Shown here piece after piece: positions 9,566 through 18,770 of a DNA stretch of 64,000 nucleotides. The DNA is from an uncultured Prevotellaceae bacterium (GTDB lineage: Bacteria > Bacteroidota > Bacteroidia > Bacteroidales > Muribaculaceae), in contig OMUK01000101.1 of assembly GCA_900314215.1 (NCBI GenBank), positions 9,830 through 73,829 of the forward strand. Direction: 5' to 3'. A program made the translations under genes and the position numbers. Numbering within the stretch: position 1 is the first letter of the stretch; each line of letters opens with the position of its first letter. The notes under the pieces were generated by a model. It ran no database searches. It saw only the letters and a list, made by a program, of their open reading frames with translations, and was not told where the DNA came from.

Positions 9566-9880
9566 TCAGGGAATGTCGGTAATATACACATCCTCGCTGG
9601 CGCGCTTCATGCCGTATTTTTCGCGTGCGATGCGCTCGAGCTTGGCGCGATTGGTGTGCAGCTCCTGTATCTTGGCATCGTAGATGGCGGCCGAGTCCTC
9701 GTTGGCCTTGATCTCGGTCTTGAGCTGATTGATTTGCTGCTTGTAGTGGTAGATCTTCATGTAGTTGTTCTCACCGAAGAAGAGCAGCATGAGGATGAAG
9801 GCGGCAAAGACAATAAACGGGATACTCAGCCACCTGGGTATCCACTTGGGTCGATGATATTCTTTACCGAAAATATTCAT
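9566..9880 (-). CDS. ftsB: Septum formation initiator (FtsB/DivIC family)
   Basis: Single TM, coiled coil, LERIAREKYGMKR..EDVY. Confidence 0.85.
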   Translation of the reverse strand: MNIFGKEYHRPKWIPRWLSIPFIVFAAFILMLLFFGENNYMKIYHYKQQINQLKTEIKANEDSAAIYDAKIQELHTNRAKLERIAREKYGMKRASEDVYITDIP

Positions 9881-9962
9881 GTTCTACAACCTGTGTCGTG
9901 TTATGAAATGTCAAAGTTAAAGCTAAAATTCCAATTACTTGCCGTTTTCACAATATTTAATT

Positions 9963-10640
9963 CTATTTGAGCAAGTCGGGGCGCAGGCGGCGGGTGCGTT
10001 CCAGGGCCTGCTGCATCTTCCACTCGGCAATCTTGGCCTCGTTGCCGCTGAGCAGGATGTCGGGCACGCGCCAGCCGTTGAACTCGGCCGGGCGGGTGTA
10101 GACGGGGGCCTCGAGCAGGCCGTCCTGGAACGAGTCGCTCAGGGCGCTCTGGTCGTCGCCTATGGCGCCGGGAATCAGGCGCACGATGCTGTCGGCTATC
10201 ACGGCGGCCGGCAGCTCGCCACCGGTGAGCACATAGTTGCCTATCGAGATCTCGCGGGTCACGAGGTGCTCGCGTATGCGGTAGTCCACGCCCTTGTAGT
10301 GGCCGCACAGGATGATGATGTTCTGCTCCAGCGAGAGGGCATTGGCCATGGGCTGGTCGAGCAGGTCGCCGTCGGGCGAGGTGAAGATCACGTCGTCGTA
10401 GTCACGCTCTTTCTTGAGGTCCTCGATGCAGCGGTACACGGGCTCGATCTGCATCACCATGCCGGCCTCGCCGCTGAAGGGGTAGTCGTCGACCTTGCGG
10501 TGCTTGCGCAGCGACCAGTCGCGCAAGTTGTGCACGTGTATCTCCACCAGCCCCTTGTCCTGAGCCCGCTGGAGTATGCTGCAATGCAGTGGCGAGTCAA
10601 GTGCCTCGGGCATCACGCTCAATATATCGATTCTCATCAT
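9963..10640 (-). CDS. trmD: tRNA (guanine-37-N1)-methyltransferase
   Basis: [49 protein letters not shown]. Confidence 0.97.
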   Translation of the reverse strand: MMRIDILSVMPEALDSPLHCSILQRAQDKGLVEIHVHNLRDWSLRKHRKVDDYPFSGEAGMVMQIEPVYRCIEDLKKERDYDDVIFTSPDGDLLDQPMANALSLEQNIIILCGHYKGVDYRIREHLVTREISIGNYVLTGGELPAAVIADSIVRLIPGAIGDDQSALSDSFQDGLLEAPVYTRPAEFNGWRVPDILLSGNEAKIAEWKMQQALERTRRLRPDLLK

Positions 10641-10659
10641 CTTGGCTAGAAATTTTGCG

Positions 10660-10667
10660 CAAAGTTA
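10660..10667 (-). promoter_or_regulatory. Bacteroidetes sigmaA -7 box for trmD
   Basis: TAACTTTG on the minus strand 20 nt upstream of the ATG. Confidence 0.7.
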
Positions 10668-10897
10668 CAAATAATATTTGAATGACGCCGCCTATTCAAG
10701 CTCCACCCGCCATGGCCGCGGCCAAATTCACAGCCTGCAAGGCGATGATGGCCCAAGGATTGCCGGGAAATATTTTTTATGGAAAAAACACGGCGGCTGG
10801 TTTTCCTGGTTTAGCCGAAAAGCTGTAAATTTACACCACTAGATGGGCGGTTGCGGCAATAAGCAACCATGAGCATCTAGAATGAAACGAAACGATA

Positions 10898-11491
10898 ATG
10901 AGTGAAGTCAATATATTTATAGCCTGCATGTTGCCCGAGCGGCAGCGGCAGCAGATGGAGCAGGTGGCAACCCGCGTGCGGGCCGTGTTCAGGCCCGAGG
11001 GCAAAGACGAACCCTTCTTCCACTCCACCCTGCTCTTCATTGGCAAGGTCGACGGCGGCCAGTTGCCCTTCATCCAGGAGAAGATGGCTGAGATTGCCGC
11101 CACCCAAAGCCCCATCGATATCGACATCGACAGCCTGGGCTACTTCTACAACGCCAAGCGGCAGTGTGTGAAGGTGCTCTATGCCGTGCCGAGCCGCATA
11201 CCCACTGCGCTCACCGCCCTGTGCCAGCGTCTTTATACCACGATTGGGAAGCCGCTCGCCAGCATCACCACGCCGCCCATCGGCCGCCCTGCCCAAGTGC
11301 ATTTCACCATCGCCAAGCGGCTGAGACACAGGCTCGGCAAGCAAGACTTTGCCACACTGGCCCGGCAGATTGAGCCATTCAGCATCCACGCCACCATGGG
11401 CGGAATGGGGCTATACCACTGCAAAGACCTGGAACACAGATATTACCGCGAGATAAGCCACTACACATTTAAAGGGGAGGAAGCTCAATGA
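10898..11491 (+). CDS. thpR: 2H phosphoesterase (RNA 2',3'-cyclic phosphodiesterase / LigT family)
   Basis: Two HxT motifs: FHSTLLFIG and VHFTIAK. Confidence 0.8.
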   Translation: MSEVNIFIACMLPERQRQQMEQVATRVRAVFRPEGKDEPFFHSTLLFIGKVDGGQLPFIQEKMAEIAATQSPIDIDIDSLGYFYNAKRQCVKVLYAVPSRIPTALTALCQRLYTTIGKPLASITTPPIGRPAQVHFTIAKRLRHRLGKQDFATLARQIEPFSIHATMGGMGLYHCKDLEHRYYREISHYTFKGEEAQ

Positions 11492-11718
11492 ACTGCGAGG
11501 ACGCCTGGCACCTGCAAGACGAGATAACCGCCATGGTCAATGCCCTGGGTTACTCGATATGGGAACTGAGCCTCGACGAGCGCTCGGGCTGCTTCACCCT
11601 GCAACTGCAACAGCATCTCGACGAGGCCGCCGCCTCGGCCCTGTGCTGCCACATGCCCCTGCCTGCCGACTACGACGGCCAGGGCCCCTATGGCTCCATC
11701 TTCACCCTCACGCCCTGA
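11488..11718 (+). CDS. Small acidic hypothetical protein
   Basis: ATGA overlap with thpR, host-like codon usage, 76 aa. Confidence 0.6.
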   Translation: MNCEDAWHLQDEITAMVNALGYSIWELSLDERSGCFTLQLQQHLDEAAASALCCHMPLPADYDGQGPYGSIFTLTP

Positions 11719-11742
11719 TTCAGCCCGCGACAGCCGGCACAA

Positions 11743-12555
11743 TTATAGCTCGGCCGATGATTGCTGCTGAAACTGGGTGGGCGTCATGCCAAAGCGCGAC
11801 TTGAAGAGGCGGTTGAAGTGGGGCACGTCGTTGAAGCCGCTGTGATAGCACACCTGCGCCACCTTCATCCCGCCCTTGGCAAGCAGGCGCAGGGCTATGT
11901 TGAGCCGGTAATCGTTGAGATAGGTCACAAAGGTCTTGCCCGTGGTGCGGCGAAACCGGCTGCAGAAGGCGCTGCGATTCATGCACAGGTGAGCGGCAAT
12001 CATGTCGAGGGTGATGTGGCGCCGGTGATTGCAGGTCACATAGATCTCCACCTCCTTGAGCCAATCCTGGTCTCGCGAGAGGTCGCGCACGGGGTGCCCC
12101 ACGGCGCGGCACTCGCGCGACATCGCAATCGTTCTCAACATCGACAGCACACTCACCAGCTTTCCCGAGGCATCGATGTGGCACATGCCCTCGAGCGCCT
12201 CCCGCAACTGGAGCAGCGTGCGGCGGGTGAACGTGATGGGGCGTGTGATTTTCACCAGCGCGTCGGTCACCCCGGCCATTTCGGGAAACTTGCCGCCCAC
12301 GAGCAAGAGGAAGTCGGTGGAAAAGATGAGCGTGATGTTCTCAATCATCCCGTCGCTGTCGTCGAAGTGCCACTCATGCGGCACGTCGGGCGGCACCAGC
12401 ACCACCTCGCCCGCCTCAAAGGGCTCGGTGAGGTCGCCCAGCGTGCGGCGCCCCTTGCCGCGCATCACCCACGACAGCTCCCAACTGGGCTGGGTGTGCA
12501 ATCCTATCTGCTCTTGAGGCCGCAATCTCACGTGGTCGAAATGAAAACTTTCCAT
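11743..12555 (-). CDS. AraC-family regulator with cupin sensor domain
   Basis: HTQPSWELSW...PHEW cupin; C-terminal HTH with SGFNDVPHFNRLFK. Confidence 0.92.
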   Translation of the reverse strand: MESFHFDHVRLRPQEQIGLHTQPSWELSWVMRGKGRRTLGDLTEPFEAGEVVLVPPDVPHEWHFDDSDGMIENITLIFSTDFLLLVGGKFPEMAGVTDALVKITRPITFTRRTLLQLREALEGMCHIDASGKLVSVLSMLRTIAMSRECRAVGHPVRDLSRDQDWLKEVEIYVTCNHRRHITLDMIAAHLCMNRSAFCSRFRRTTGKTFVTYLNDYRLNIALRLLAKGGMKVAQVCYHSGFNDVPHFNRLFKSRFGMTPTQFQQQSSAEL

Positions 12556-12665
12556 GGCGCTAATTTACGACAATTTTTAAATACGATACGACAAATGCGA
12601 CCGATTTATTTCCACTAATTTTGCGCCCTGAAACCATAACTTAAAATTTGACCCAAATCGACAAG

Positions 12666-13850
12666 ATGAAATCAAGCGCTGATGCGTCTTTTAAAGACAA
12701 TGTGTACCTTGCCTCCAAACCACGCTACGAGATACTCGACGGCTTGCGTGGCGTGGCGGCCCTGATTATTGTGGCCTTCCACCTCTTTGAAACTTACTCC
12801 AAAGGCCCTGCCTACCAAATCCTCAACCACGGCTACCTGGCTGTGGACTTCTTCTTTGTGCTCTCGGGCTTCGTGATTGGCTATGCCTACGACGACCGCT
12901 GGGACCGCATGTCGACCTGGAACTTCATCAAGCGCCGCCTGGTGCGCCTGCACCCCATGGTGATATTTGGCTGCATGATAGGTGCCGCCCTCTTCTACTT
13001 CGGCGACTGCGAGGCCTTCCCCTTGATTGGAAAGACTCCGGGCTGGATGGTCGTGGTCGTGATGCTGCTGTGCTTCACCATCATCCCGCTGCCCACCTCG
13101 ATGGACATACGCGGCTGGGGCGAGACCAACCCGCTCAACGGCACCGTGTGGTCGCTGCAATGGGAATACCTGGCCAACTTGCTCTACGCCTTCGTGATAC
13201 GCCGCCTGTCGAAGGTGGCTCTGACCGTGTGCGTGTTCCTCTTTGGCTGCATGACGGTGATGCTGTGCTTCAACATCGACTGGCTGGGCGTGTGGGCACA
13301 ACGCACCGAGGCTGCCTATACCGTGATAGGCGGATGGAGCCTCACCCCCGACCAGCTGCTCATAGGCGTCACCCGCCTGCTCTATCCCTTCTTTGCCGGC
13401 TTGCTCATCTCGCGCGTGCACAAGCTCATCAAGGTGAGTGGCGGCTTCTGGTGGTGCGGCCTGCTCGTGGCCATCGTGCTGGTGATGCCCCGCCTGGGCG
13501 GCACTACAGGATGGATCAACGGCCTCTACGAGAGTCTGGCCATCATCGTGGTGTTTCCGCTCGTGGTGAGCATGGGGGCCGGCAGCACCGTCACCGGCAA
13601 GTTCTCGGTATCGGTGTGCAAATTCTTCGGCGAGGTGTCCTATCCCATCTATATCACCCACTACCCACTGGTCTACATGCAGATGGCCTGGGCGAGCCGT
13701 CATCCCGACGCTCCCCTCTCGCAGCACATCGCCGTGAGCGTGGGCATCTACATTCTGGCCATCTTCAACGCCTATGCAGCCTATAAGCTCTACGACTTGC
13801 CCGTGCGTGCTTGGCTCAAGAAGAAACTCTTTAAACAGATTGCAAAATGA
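12666..13850 (+). CDS. Acyltransferase family 3 (OafA-like membrane O-acyltransferase)
   Basis: LDGLRGVAA, GYLAVDFFFVLSGFVI, RRLVRLHP, WSLQWEY, SYPIYITHYP. Confidence 0.92.
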   Translation: MKSSADASFKDNVYLASKPRYEILDGLRGVAALIIVAFHLFETYSKGPAYQILNHGYLAVDFFFVLSGFVIGYAYDDRWDRMSTWNFIKRRLVRLHPMVIFGCMIGAALFYFGDCEAFPLIGKTPGWMVVVVMLLCFTIIPLPTSMDIRGWGETNPLNGTVWSLQWEYLANLLYAFVIRRLSKVALTVCVFLFGCMTVMLCFNIDWLGVWAQRTEAAYTVIGGWSLTPDQLLIGVTRLLYPFFAGLLISRVHKLIKVSGGFWWCGLLVAIVLVMPRLGGTTGWINGLYESLAIIVVFPLVVSMGAGSTVTGKFSVSVCKFFGEVSYPIYITHYPLVYMQMAWASRHPDAPLSQHIAVSVGIYILAIFNAYAAYKLYDLPVRAWLKKKLFKQIAK

Positions 13851-14230
13851 GAATCGACCACATCGCACTCTACTGCAGCGACTTGAAGAAGATGCGCCAG
13901 TTTTTTGAGCAATACTTCCAAGCCCAGGCAGGCGCAATGTATCACAACCCCACGACGGGCTTCAGCAGCTACTTCCTCACCTTCACCGAGGGCAGCACCC
14001 GCCTCGAGATCATGACCAAGCCTGGAGTTGACCGGCCGAGCGACACGAGTGGGCTGGGCTACGCCCACCTCGCGCTGGCCGCAGGCAGCCGCCAGAGCGT
14101 GGATGCGCTCACCGCACGGCTCGCCGCCCATGGCTACGCCACCCTGAGCGGGCCCCGCATCACCGGCGACGGCTACTACGAGAGTTGCGTGGCTGGCCCC
14201 GAGGGCATTCTGGTTGAAATCACCGAGTAA
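13847..14230 (+). CDS. VOC / glyoxalase-family protein
   Basis: RIDHIALY, GYAHLA, DGYYESCV.GPEG..VEI; ATGA overlap with the acyltransferase. Confidence 0.9.
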   Translation: MRIDHIALYCSDLKKMRQFFEQYFQAQAGAMYHNPTTGFSSYFLTFTEGSTRLEIMTKPGVDRPSDTSGLGYAHLALAAGSRQSVDALTARLAAHGYATLSGPRITGDGYYESCVAGPEGILVEITE

Positions 14231-14253
14231 AATCGGGCACACAGCGCGCAATC

Positions 14254-14292
14254 ACAGCGGCATGGCAGAATGAATGACTGCCATGCCGCTGT
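14254..14292. terminator. 15-bp perfect hairpin between convergent genes
   Basis: ACAGCGGCATGGCAG / CTGCCATGCCGCTGT. Confidence 0.7.
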
Positions 14293-14370
14293 GCGCATGC
14301 CCAGCTTGCGTATTTTTCCTAACTTTGGCGTTGCGGCACGCAAAATCGTCGATCGGTGGATGATTGCAAT

Positions 14371-14398
14371 TGGCAGGGTGAGGCACTGGTGGCCGTCC
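14371..14398 (+). repeat. Degenerate REP-A copy
   Basis: TGGCAGGGTGAGGCACTGGTGGCCGTCC, 25/28 identical to the consensus TGGCAGGGTGCGGCCCTTGTGGCCGTCC. Confidence 0.7.
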
Positions 14399-14433
14399 AT
14401 AGAGTCACCTCATCCACACAGCTTGGCGGACCG

Positions 14434-14985
14434 TTACTTGAAGGCGTTGAGGGTGACGGCGGTGGGGTCCCACTTGTCCTTCACATGGGCCTCGCCGCGG
14501 GGATAGCCCACGACGATGGTGCAGAATGCCACCAGGTGGGCGGGCAGGTTGAGCACGCGGGCCACAGCCTGGCAACGCTCCTCGATGGGATAGGTGGCAG
14601 TCCAGGTGGCACCCAGCCCTATGCCGTGGGCGGCGAGCAGGATATTCTCGGTCACGGCCGAGCAGTCTTGTATCCACAAGTCGCGGTCGCGGCCCTGGCC
14701 GGCCTTGTTCATGTCGCCACACACCACGATGGCGAGCGGCGCACGCTTCACATAGCCGGCATAGGGATTGGCCTGGGCCAAGCCCTCGCGCAGAGCTTGG
14801 TCGGTGACCACCACCAGGTGCCAGGGGCGGTGGTCTACGCCCGAGGGCGCAGCCATGCCGGCACGCAACAGCTCCTCGACTTTAGCTTCCTCAACGGGGC
14901 GGTCTTCATAGGTGCGCACGCTCGAGCGCGACAGGATGTTTTCCATCACCACCTGCTCTACAATATTTGCATTGATTTCTTCCAT
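14434..14985 (-). CDS. Nitroreductase-family protein
   Basis: ILSRSSVRTY, AGMAAPSG, DCSAVTENILLAAHGIGLG; -7 box TATCTTTG at 15016-15023. Confidence 0.92.
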   Translation of the reverse strand: MEEINANIVEQVVMENILSRSSVRTYEDRPVEEAKVEELLRAGMAAPSGVDHRPWHLVVVTDQALREGLAQANPYAGYVKRAPLAIVVCGDMNKAGQGRDRDLWIQDCSAVTENILLAAHGIGLGATWTATYPIEERCQAVARVLNLPAHLVAFCTIVVGYPRGEAHVKDKWDPTAVTLNAFK

Positions 14986-15045
14986 AATTATTTATGCTTT
15001 TGATGGTTGCTATGGCAAAGATAGTGCAATTGCCCCAGTTTCGCG

Positions 15046-15375
15046 TCACTTTTTCTTCTTTCCTTTTATAAAAAAGCACTGCCCGATGTGCCGCAAGGTG
15101 GCCCCAGGCGAATAGATAATCATGCGCGGCCCCACCCAGCGCATCACTTCCTGCATCATCGCCCGTTTCTCGGGAGCGTAGCAATGCACGGGGCAATCCT
15201 TGCAGGCCGGCTTCTCCTCGCCCCAGCGGCAATGCTCCAGCCGGCGGCACGCATAGTCGGCCAGCTCCCTGTAGGCAGGCGGCATCTCCTCAAGCCCAAG
15301 GTGATGCCGGCAATAGATGCCAACCATCAACTCGATGGTGTGCTGGTCGCGGGCTATCTTTGAAGTCTTGCTCAT
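15046..15375 (-). CDS. ygbA: Nitrous-oxide-stimulated promoter family protein (YgbA)
   Basis: MVGIYCR.H, C..GEEKPACKDCPVHCY, EVMRWVGPRM. Confidence 0.85.
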   Translation of the reverse strand: MSKTSKIARDQHTIELMVGIYCRHHLGLEEMPPAYRELADYACRRLEHCRWGEEKPACKDCPVHCYAPEKRAMMQEVMRWVGPRMIIYSPGATLRHIGQCFFIKGKKKK

Positions 15376-15478
15376 TATGAAATCGCAATTTTGCGGCGCA
15401 AAGTTACAACTTCTCCTTCAAAGCCTATCAACAAGCCCTAAAAATTTGGCATAGCCACGCCACGGCTCAGAAAGCCCC

Positions 15479-15498
15479 GTTTGGAAAATTTTCCAAAC
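15479..15498. promoter_or_regulatory. 20-bp perfect palindrome, candidate operator
   Basis: GTTTGGAAAATTTTCCAAAC between divergent ygbA and tannase genes; tannase -7 box TACATTTG at 15547-15554. Confidence 0.55.
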
Positions 15499-15651
15499 AA
15501 AATATAAATCTCGACAACAGGGTGCCACACTATCAACATTAATTGCTACATTTGCCGCACATCTACGGGCACGCTGCCCCATAGAAAGCGAAACCGTCCT
15601 GGTGAGACGCAAAATATGCCAGCATTGTTATTTATTTAAAAACAGGTAATT

Positions 15652-17151
15652 ATGATGAAGAAATCAATCATTCTGCTGGCTCTGGTCACAAGCATCACGA
15701 CCGGCATGCAAGCAGCAAGCACCCAATTGCAATTTGACCCCTCGCAGGGCGTGGAGCGCACGCTCACGATGCCCACTGGCCAGACGGTGCGCTACACCGC
15801 CTACGAGAAACTGTGGTATGTGACCCACGTTGAAGACACCACCTATCAGTACATGAACGTGTATGTGCCTGAGGGCGCTACCCAGCACTCGGCAATCTTC
15901 TTGAAGAACAACGTGGGCGGCTACATGCCGTCGCGCCCAGGCACCATCTCGGCCGGCGACGCCACCGGCATGGCCTTGCTGCGCGGCTACGTGGTGGCCA
16001 TCCCTGGCGCCCGCGGCCGCACATCGAGCGTGACCATCAAGAAGAAACAAGTATACAATGGCAAGGCTCCGGCCGGCCTGCTCGACCTGAAGGCAGCCGT
16101 GCGCTACCTGCGCCACTTCGACAAGGAGATGCCCGGCGATGCCGAGCACATCATCTCCGACGGCACATCGGCAGGCGGTGCCATGTCGGCCCTGCTGGGC
16201 GCCTCGGGCAACAATCCCGCCTATGAGCCTCTGCTCGAGAAGATGGGCGCGGCACAGGAGCGCGACGACATATTTGCCGCCGTGTGCTACTGCCCCATCA
16301 CCGACCTTGCCCACGCCGACATGGCCTATGAGTGGCTTTATGGCAACACCGCCTCGCGCCAGGCCGACGACGAGGCCCACCGCCAGGTGAGCAAGGAGGA
16401 GGCCGCACTCTTCCCAGCCTATGTGAACTCCCTGGGACTGAAACTGAAGGACGGCACGCCCCTCACGGCCGACAACTACCTCGACTTCATCAAGAGTGAA
16501 ATCATGCGCGCGGCGCAAATTGCCAAGGATGCCGGCGCCACCATCCCCGACTCGATAGGCTTCACCTTCAGCACCGAGGGCGGCACATTCGCTCCCCTCA
16601 ACGGCGGCATGAAGCCCGACAAGATGCCAGCGGGGATGACCCCGCCCAAGGGCGGCATGATGCCCCCGCGGGGCGGCAGCAAGCGCGTGGGTGAATACAT
16701 CACCGACCTCGACATGACCAAATACCTGAACTATGTGGCCCAGACCACGCCGCTCAAGACAGCTCCCGCCTTCGACGCGCTGGGCGTGGCTGGCAACGAG
16801 GCTTCGGGTGAGAACGACGAGTTTGGCGACGCCAGCAACAACCCCGCCAACTTCACTCCCTACAGCGCCAGCAAAAACGGCACAACCGTGAGCGAGACCG
16901 TCAAGGCCAACGAACTGTTGCTCAACCCCATGCAACAGATAGGCTCAGGGCAAGCAACGGTGGCCCCGCACTGGTACATACGCCACGGCGCTATCGACCG
17001 CGACACCGCATTTCCCATCCCGCTCAACCTGGCCCTGAAACTGCAAAATGCAGGCAAGGATGTGAACTACCTGCTGGCCTGGAACCGCCCACACAGCGGC
17101 GACTATGCCCTGCACGAGCTCTTCGACTGGCTCGACAGTCTGCCGAAGTAA
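15652..17151 (+). CDS. Subtype B tannase-like secreted alpha/beta hydrolase
   Basis: Signal peptide; GGYMP, GARGR, DLKAAVRYLR, GTSAGGA nucleophile, WYIRHG..DRDT, HSGDY. Confidence 0.85.
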   Translation: MMKKSIILLALVTSITTGMQAASTQLQFDPSQGVERTLTMPTGQTVRYTAYEKLWYVTHVEDTTYQYMNVYVPEGATQHSAIFLKNNVGGYMPSRPGTISAGDATGMALLRGYVVAIPGARGRTSSVTIKKKQVYNGKAPAGLLDLKAAVRYLRHFDKEMPGDAEHIISDGTSAGGAMSALLGASGNNPAYEPLLEKMGAAQERDDIFAAVCYCPITDLAHADMAYEWLYGNTASRQADDEAHRQVSKEEAALFPAYVNSLGLKLKDGTPLTADNYLDFIKSEIMRAAQIAKDAGATIPDSIGFTFSTEGGTFAPLNGGMKPDKMPAGMTPPKGGMMPPRGGSKRVGEYITDLDMTKYLNYVAQTTPLKTAPAFDALGVAGNEASGENDEFGDASNNPANFTPYSASKNGTTVSETVKANELLLNPMQQIGSGQATVAPHWYIRHGAIDRDTAFPIPLNLALKLQNAGKDVNYLLAWNRPHSGDYALHELFDWLDSLPK

Positions 17152-17179
17152 CCTGGCAAATAAAAACATATATACAACA

Positions 17180-17230
17180 ACAGCCACCCACGCTGAGCCC
17201 TTGTGGCATCGCATGGGTGGCTGTGTTTTC
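17180..17230. terminator. Intrinsic terminator after tannase
   Basis: ACAGCCACCCA / TGGGTGGCTGT stem plus T tail. Confidence 0.75.
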
Positions 17231-17256
17231 ATTTGGCGCCGCCACGCGTGGCGCGC

Positions 17257-18585
17257 TTATTTCCCGATGGTTTTGGCCACAAAGAGGGTGGCCAGCTCCA
17301 CAGCGCGATACAGGTCTTGCGAGAAGCCGTGGTCGAAGGCAGGGAGCTCATGGTACTCACTGCCCTTCCACAGCTTGTGGAAGCGCTCTCCATAGGTGTA
17401 GGGCACGATGCGGTCGCCCGTGCCGTGAATGATGCAGGCAGGCCCAGTGTAGCGGGCAGCCGTCTCATAGATGGGAAGCCTGAAGGCGGTGCGCACATAG
17501 TTGGCGCCCAAGTTCACCTTGCCGCCCATGAGCGGGATGCTGTCGGGCGGGTCGAGCGGGTCGTAGAAGGCTCCCATGGTGTTGCCCCTGATGGCATCCT
17601 CGCGCAGCACAGCGGCGGGTGCTAGCAGCACCACAGCCTTCACCGGGCCATAGCCTAGGCGGCCAGCCGTCATGCTTGCCACCACGCCACCTTGCGAGTG
17701 GCCCACGAGGGCAATGCGCGAGGTGTCGGCCCAAGGTTGCTGTGCCACATAGGCAACAATCTTCTCGGCGTCGACAATCTCATTGGGCACAGTCATGTCC
17801 TCAAAGCGGCCCTCGCTATGCCCATGGCCGTTGAAGTCGAAGCGCACGGTGGCGATGCCGCGCGTGGCCAGCGAGTCGGCCAAGAGTTGCCACAGGTGCT
17901 CGTCTTTGTTGCCTGTGAAGCCGTGCATCAGTATGGCTACCGGCATGCGGCCCGTCACGCCAGCGGGGCGCTCAACGGTGGTGCTCAGCAGTCCGTGGTC
18001 GCCCTGCACGGTAGTGGTCGACTGGGTAGTGGCTACGGTCTTGCCGGTGGGCACAAGCTGCGTGAGGGTGTTCTCCAGTTTCGACCACAGCACGGTGCTC
18101 AGCACCACCTTGCCCTCGGGATCGAGCAGCACCATCGAGGGTATCCATTTCACACCATAGTCCTTTGAAACCTGGGTGTCGTGAAACTTCACGAGTTCGC
18201 TCACCTGCGTCCAGGCGATGCCATACTTGTCGACAGCGGCCCGCCACTTGTCGCGGTCGGTGTCCATCGAGACGCCCACAAACTCCACGCCCTGTGGGTG
18301 AAACTTCTGGTAAAGGCGCACCATGTCGGGGATGTCGCGCCGGCAGTCGGGGCACCACGATGCCCAGAAGTCGAGCACCACATAGTGTCCACGCAGTTTT
18401 GTGAGGTTGAAGCTGTTGCCGTCGAGTGTCTTCATCTTGATGACGGGGGCCACGTCGCCCGCCTTGGGCAGCGTGGTGGCATAGCGGGTGTCGGCATCGC
18501 TCTGGCTGAATTGTGCCCACAGGCTGGCGGGCGCCAGCAGCAAGGCTAGCAACAAGCTCATGTGCCAATTGAAAAATCTTTTCAT
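17257..18585 (-). CDS. Secreted fusion: TlpA/AhpC-TSA thioredoxin-like domain plus alpha/beta hydrolase
   Basis: Start MKRFFNW at 18585 with signal peptide; VLDFWASWCPDC then HGFTG, GHSQGG, HGTGD, HGF catalytic triad. Confidence 0.85.
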   Translation of the reverse strand: MKRFFNWHMSLLLALLLAPASLWAQFSQSDADTRYATTLPKAGDVAPVIKMKTLDGNSFNLTKLRGHYVVLDFWASWCPDCRRDIPDMVRLYQKFHPQGVEFVGVSMDTDRDKWRAAVDKYGIAWTQVSELVKFHDTQVSKDYGVKWIPSMVLLDPEGKVVLSTVLWSKLENTLTQLVPTGKTVATTQSTTTVQGDHGLLSTTVERPAGVTGRMPVAILMHGFTGNKDEHLWQLLADSLATRGIATVRFDFNGHGHSEGRFEDMTVPNEIVDAEKIVAYVAQQPWADTSRIALVGHSQGGVVASMTAGRLGYGPVKAVVLLAPAAVLREDAIRGNTMGAFYDPLDPPDSIPLMGGKVNLGANYVRTAFRLPIYETAARYTGPACIIHGTGDRIVPYTYGERFHKLWKGSEYHELPAFDHGFSQDLYRAVELATLFVAKTIGK

Positions 18586-18770
18586 AAGTGTGTATGTTGT
18601 TTTAATAATTTTCGGCAAAAGTAGCGCAAAAGGGTCGTGACATGACTGTGCAAGCCGCTCGATTTGTACTTTTTTAACTATCGCGAGAGAGCCAGCACGA
18701 TTACAATAGCTCCTCACAAAATATAATGGGGCGCTGGCTCGTTATAGTTGCACGGGGGCACGGCCACAAC

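Noticed and set aside
14320-14327. TAACTTTG antisense promoter facing the nitroreductase
   Set aside because: No -33 element, and an 8-mer with two free positions can occur by chance; insufficient support
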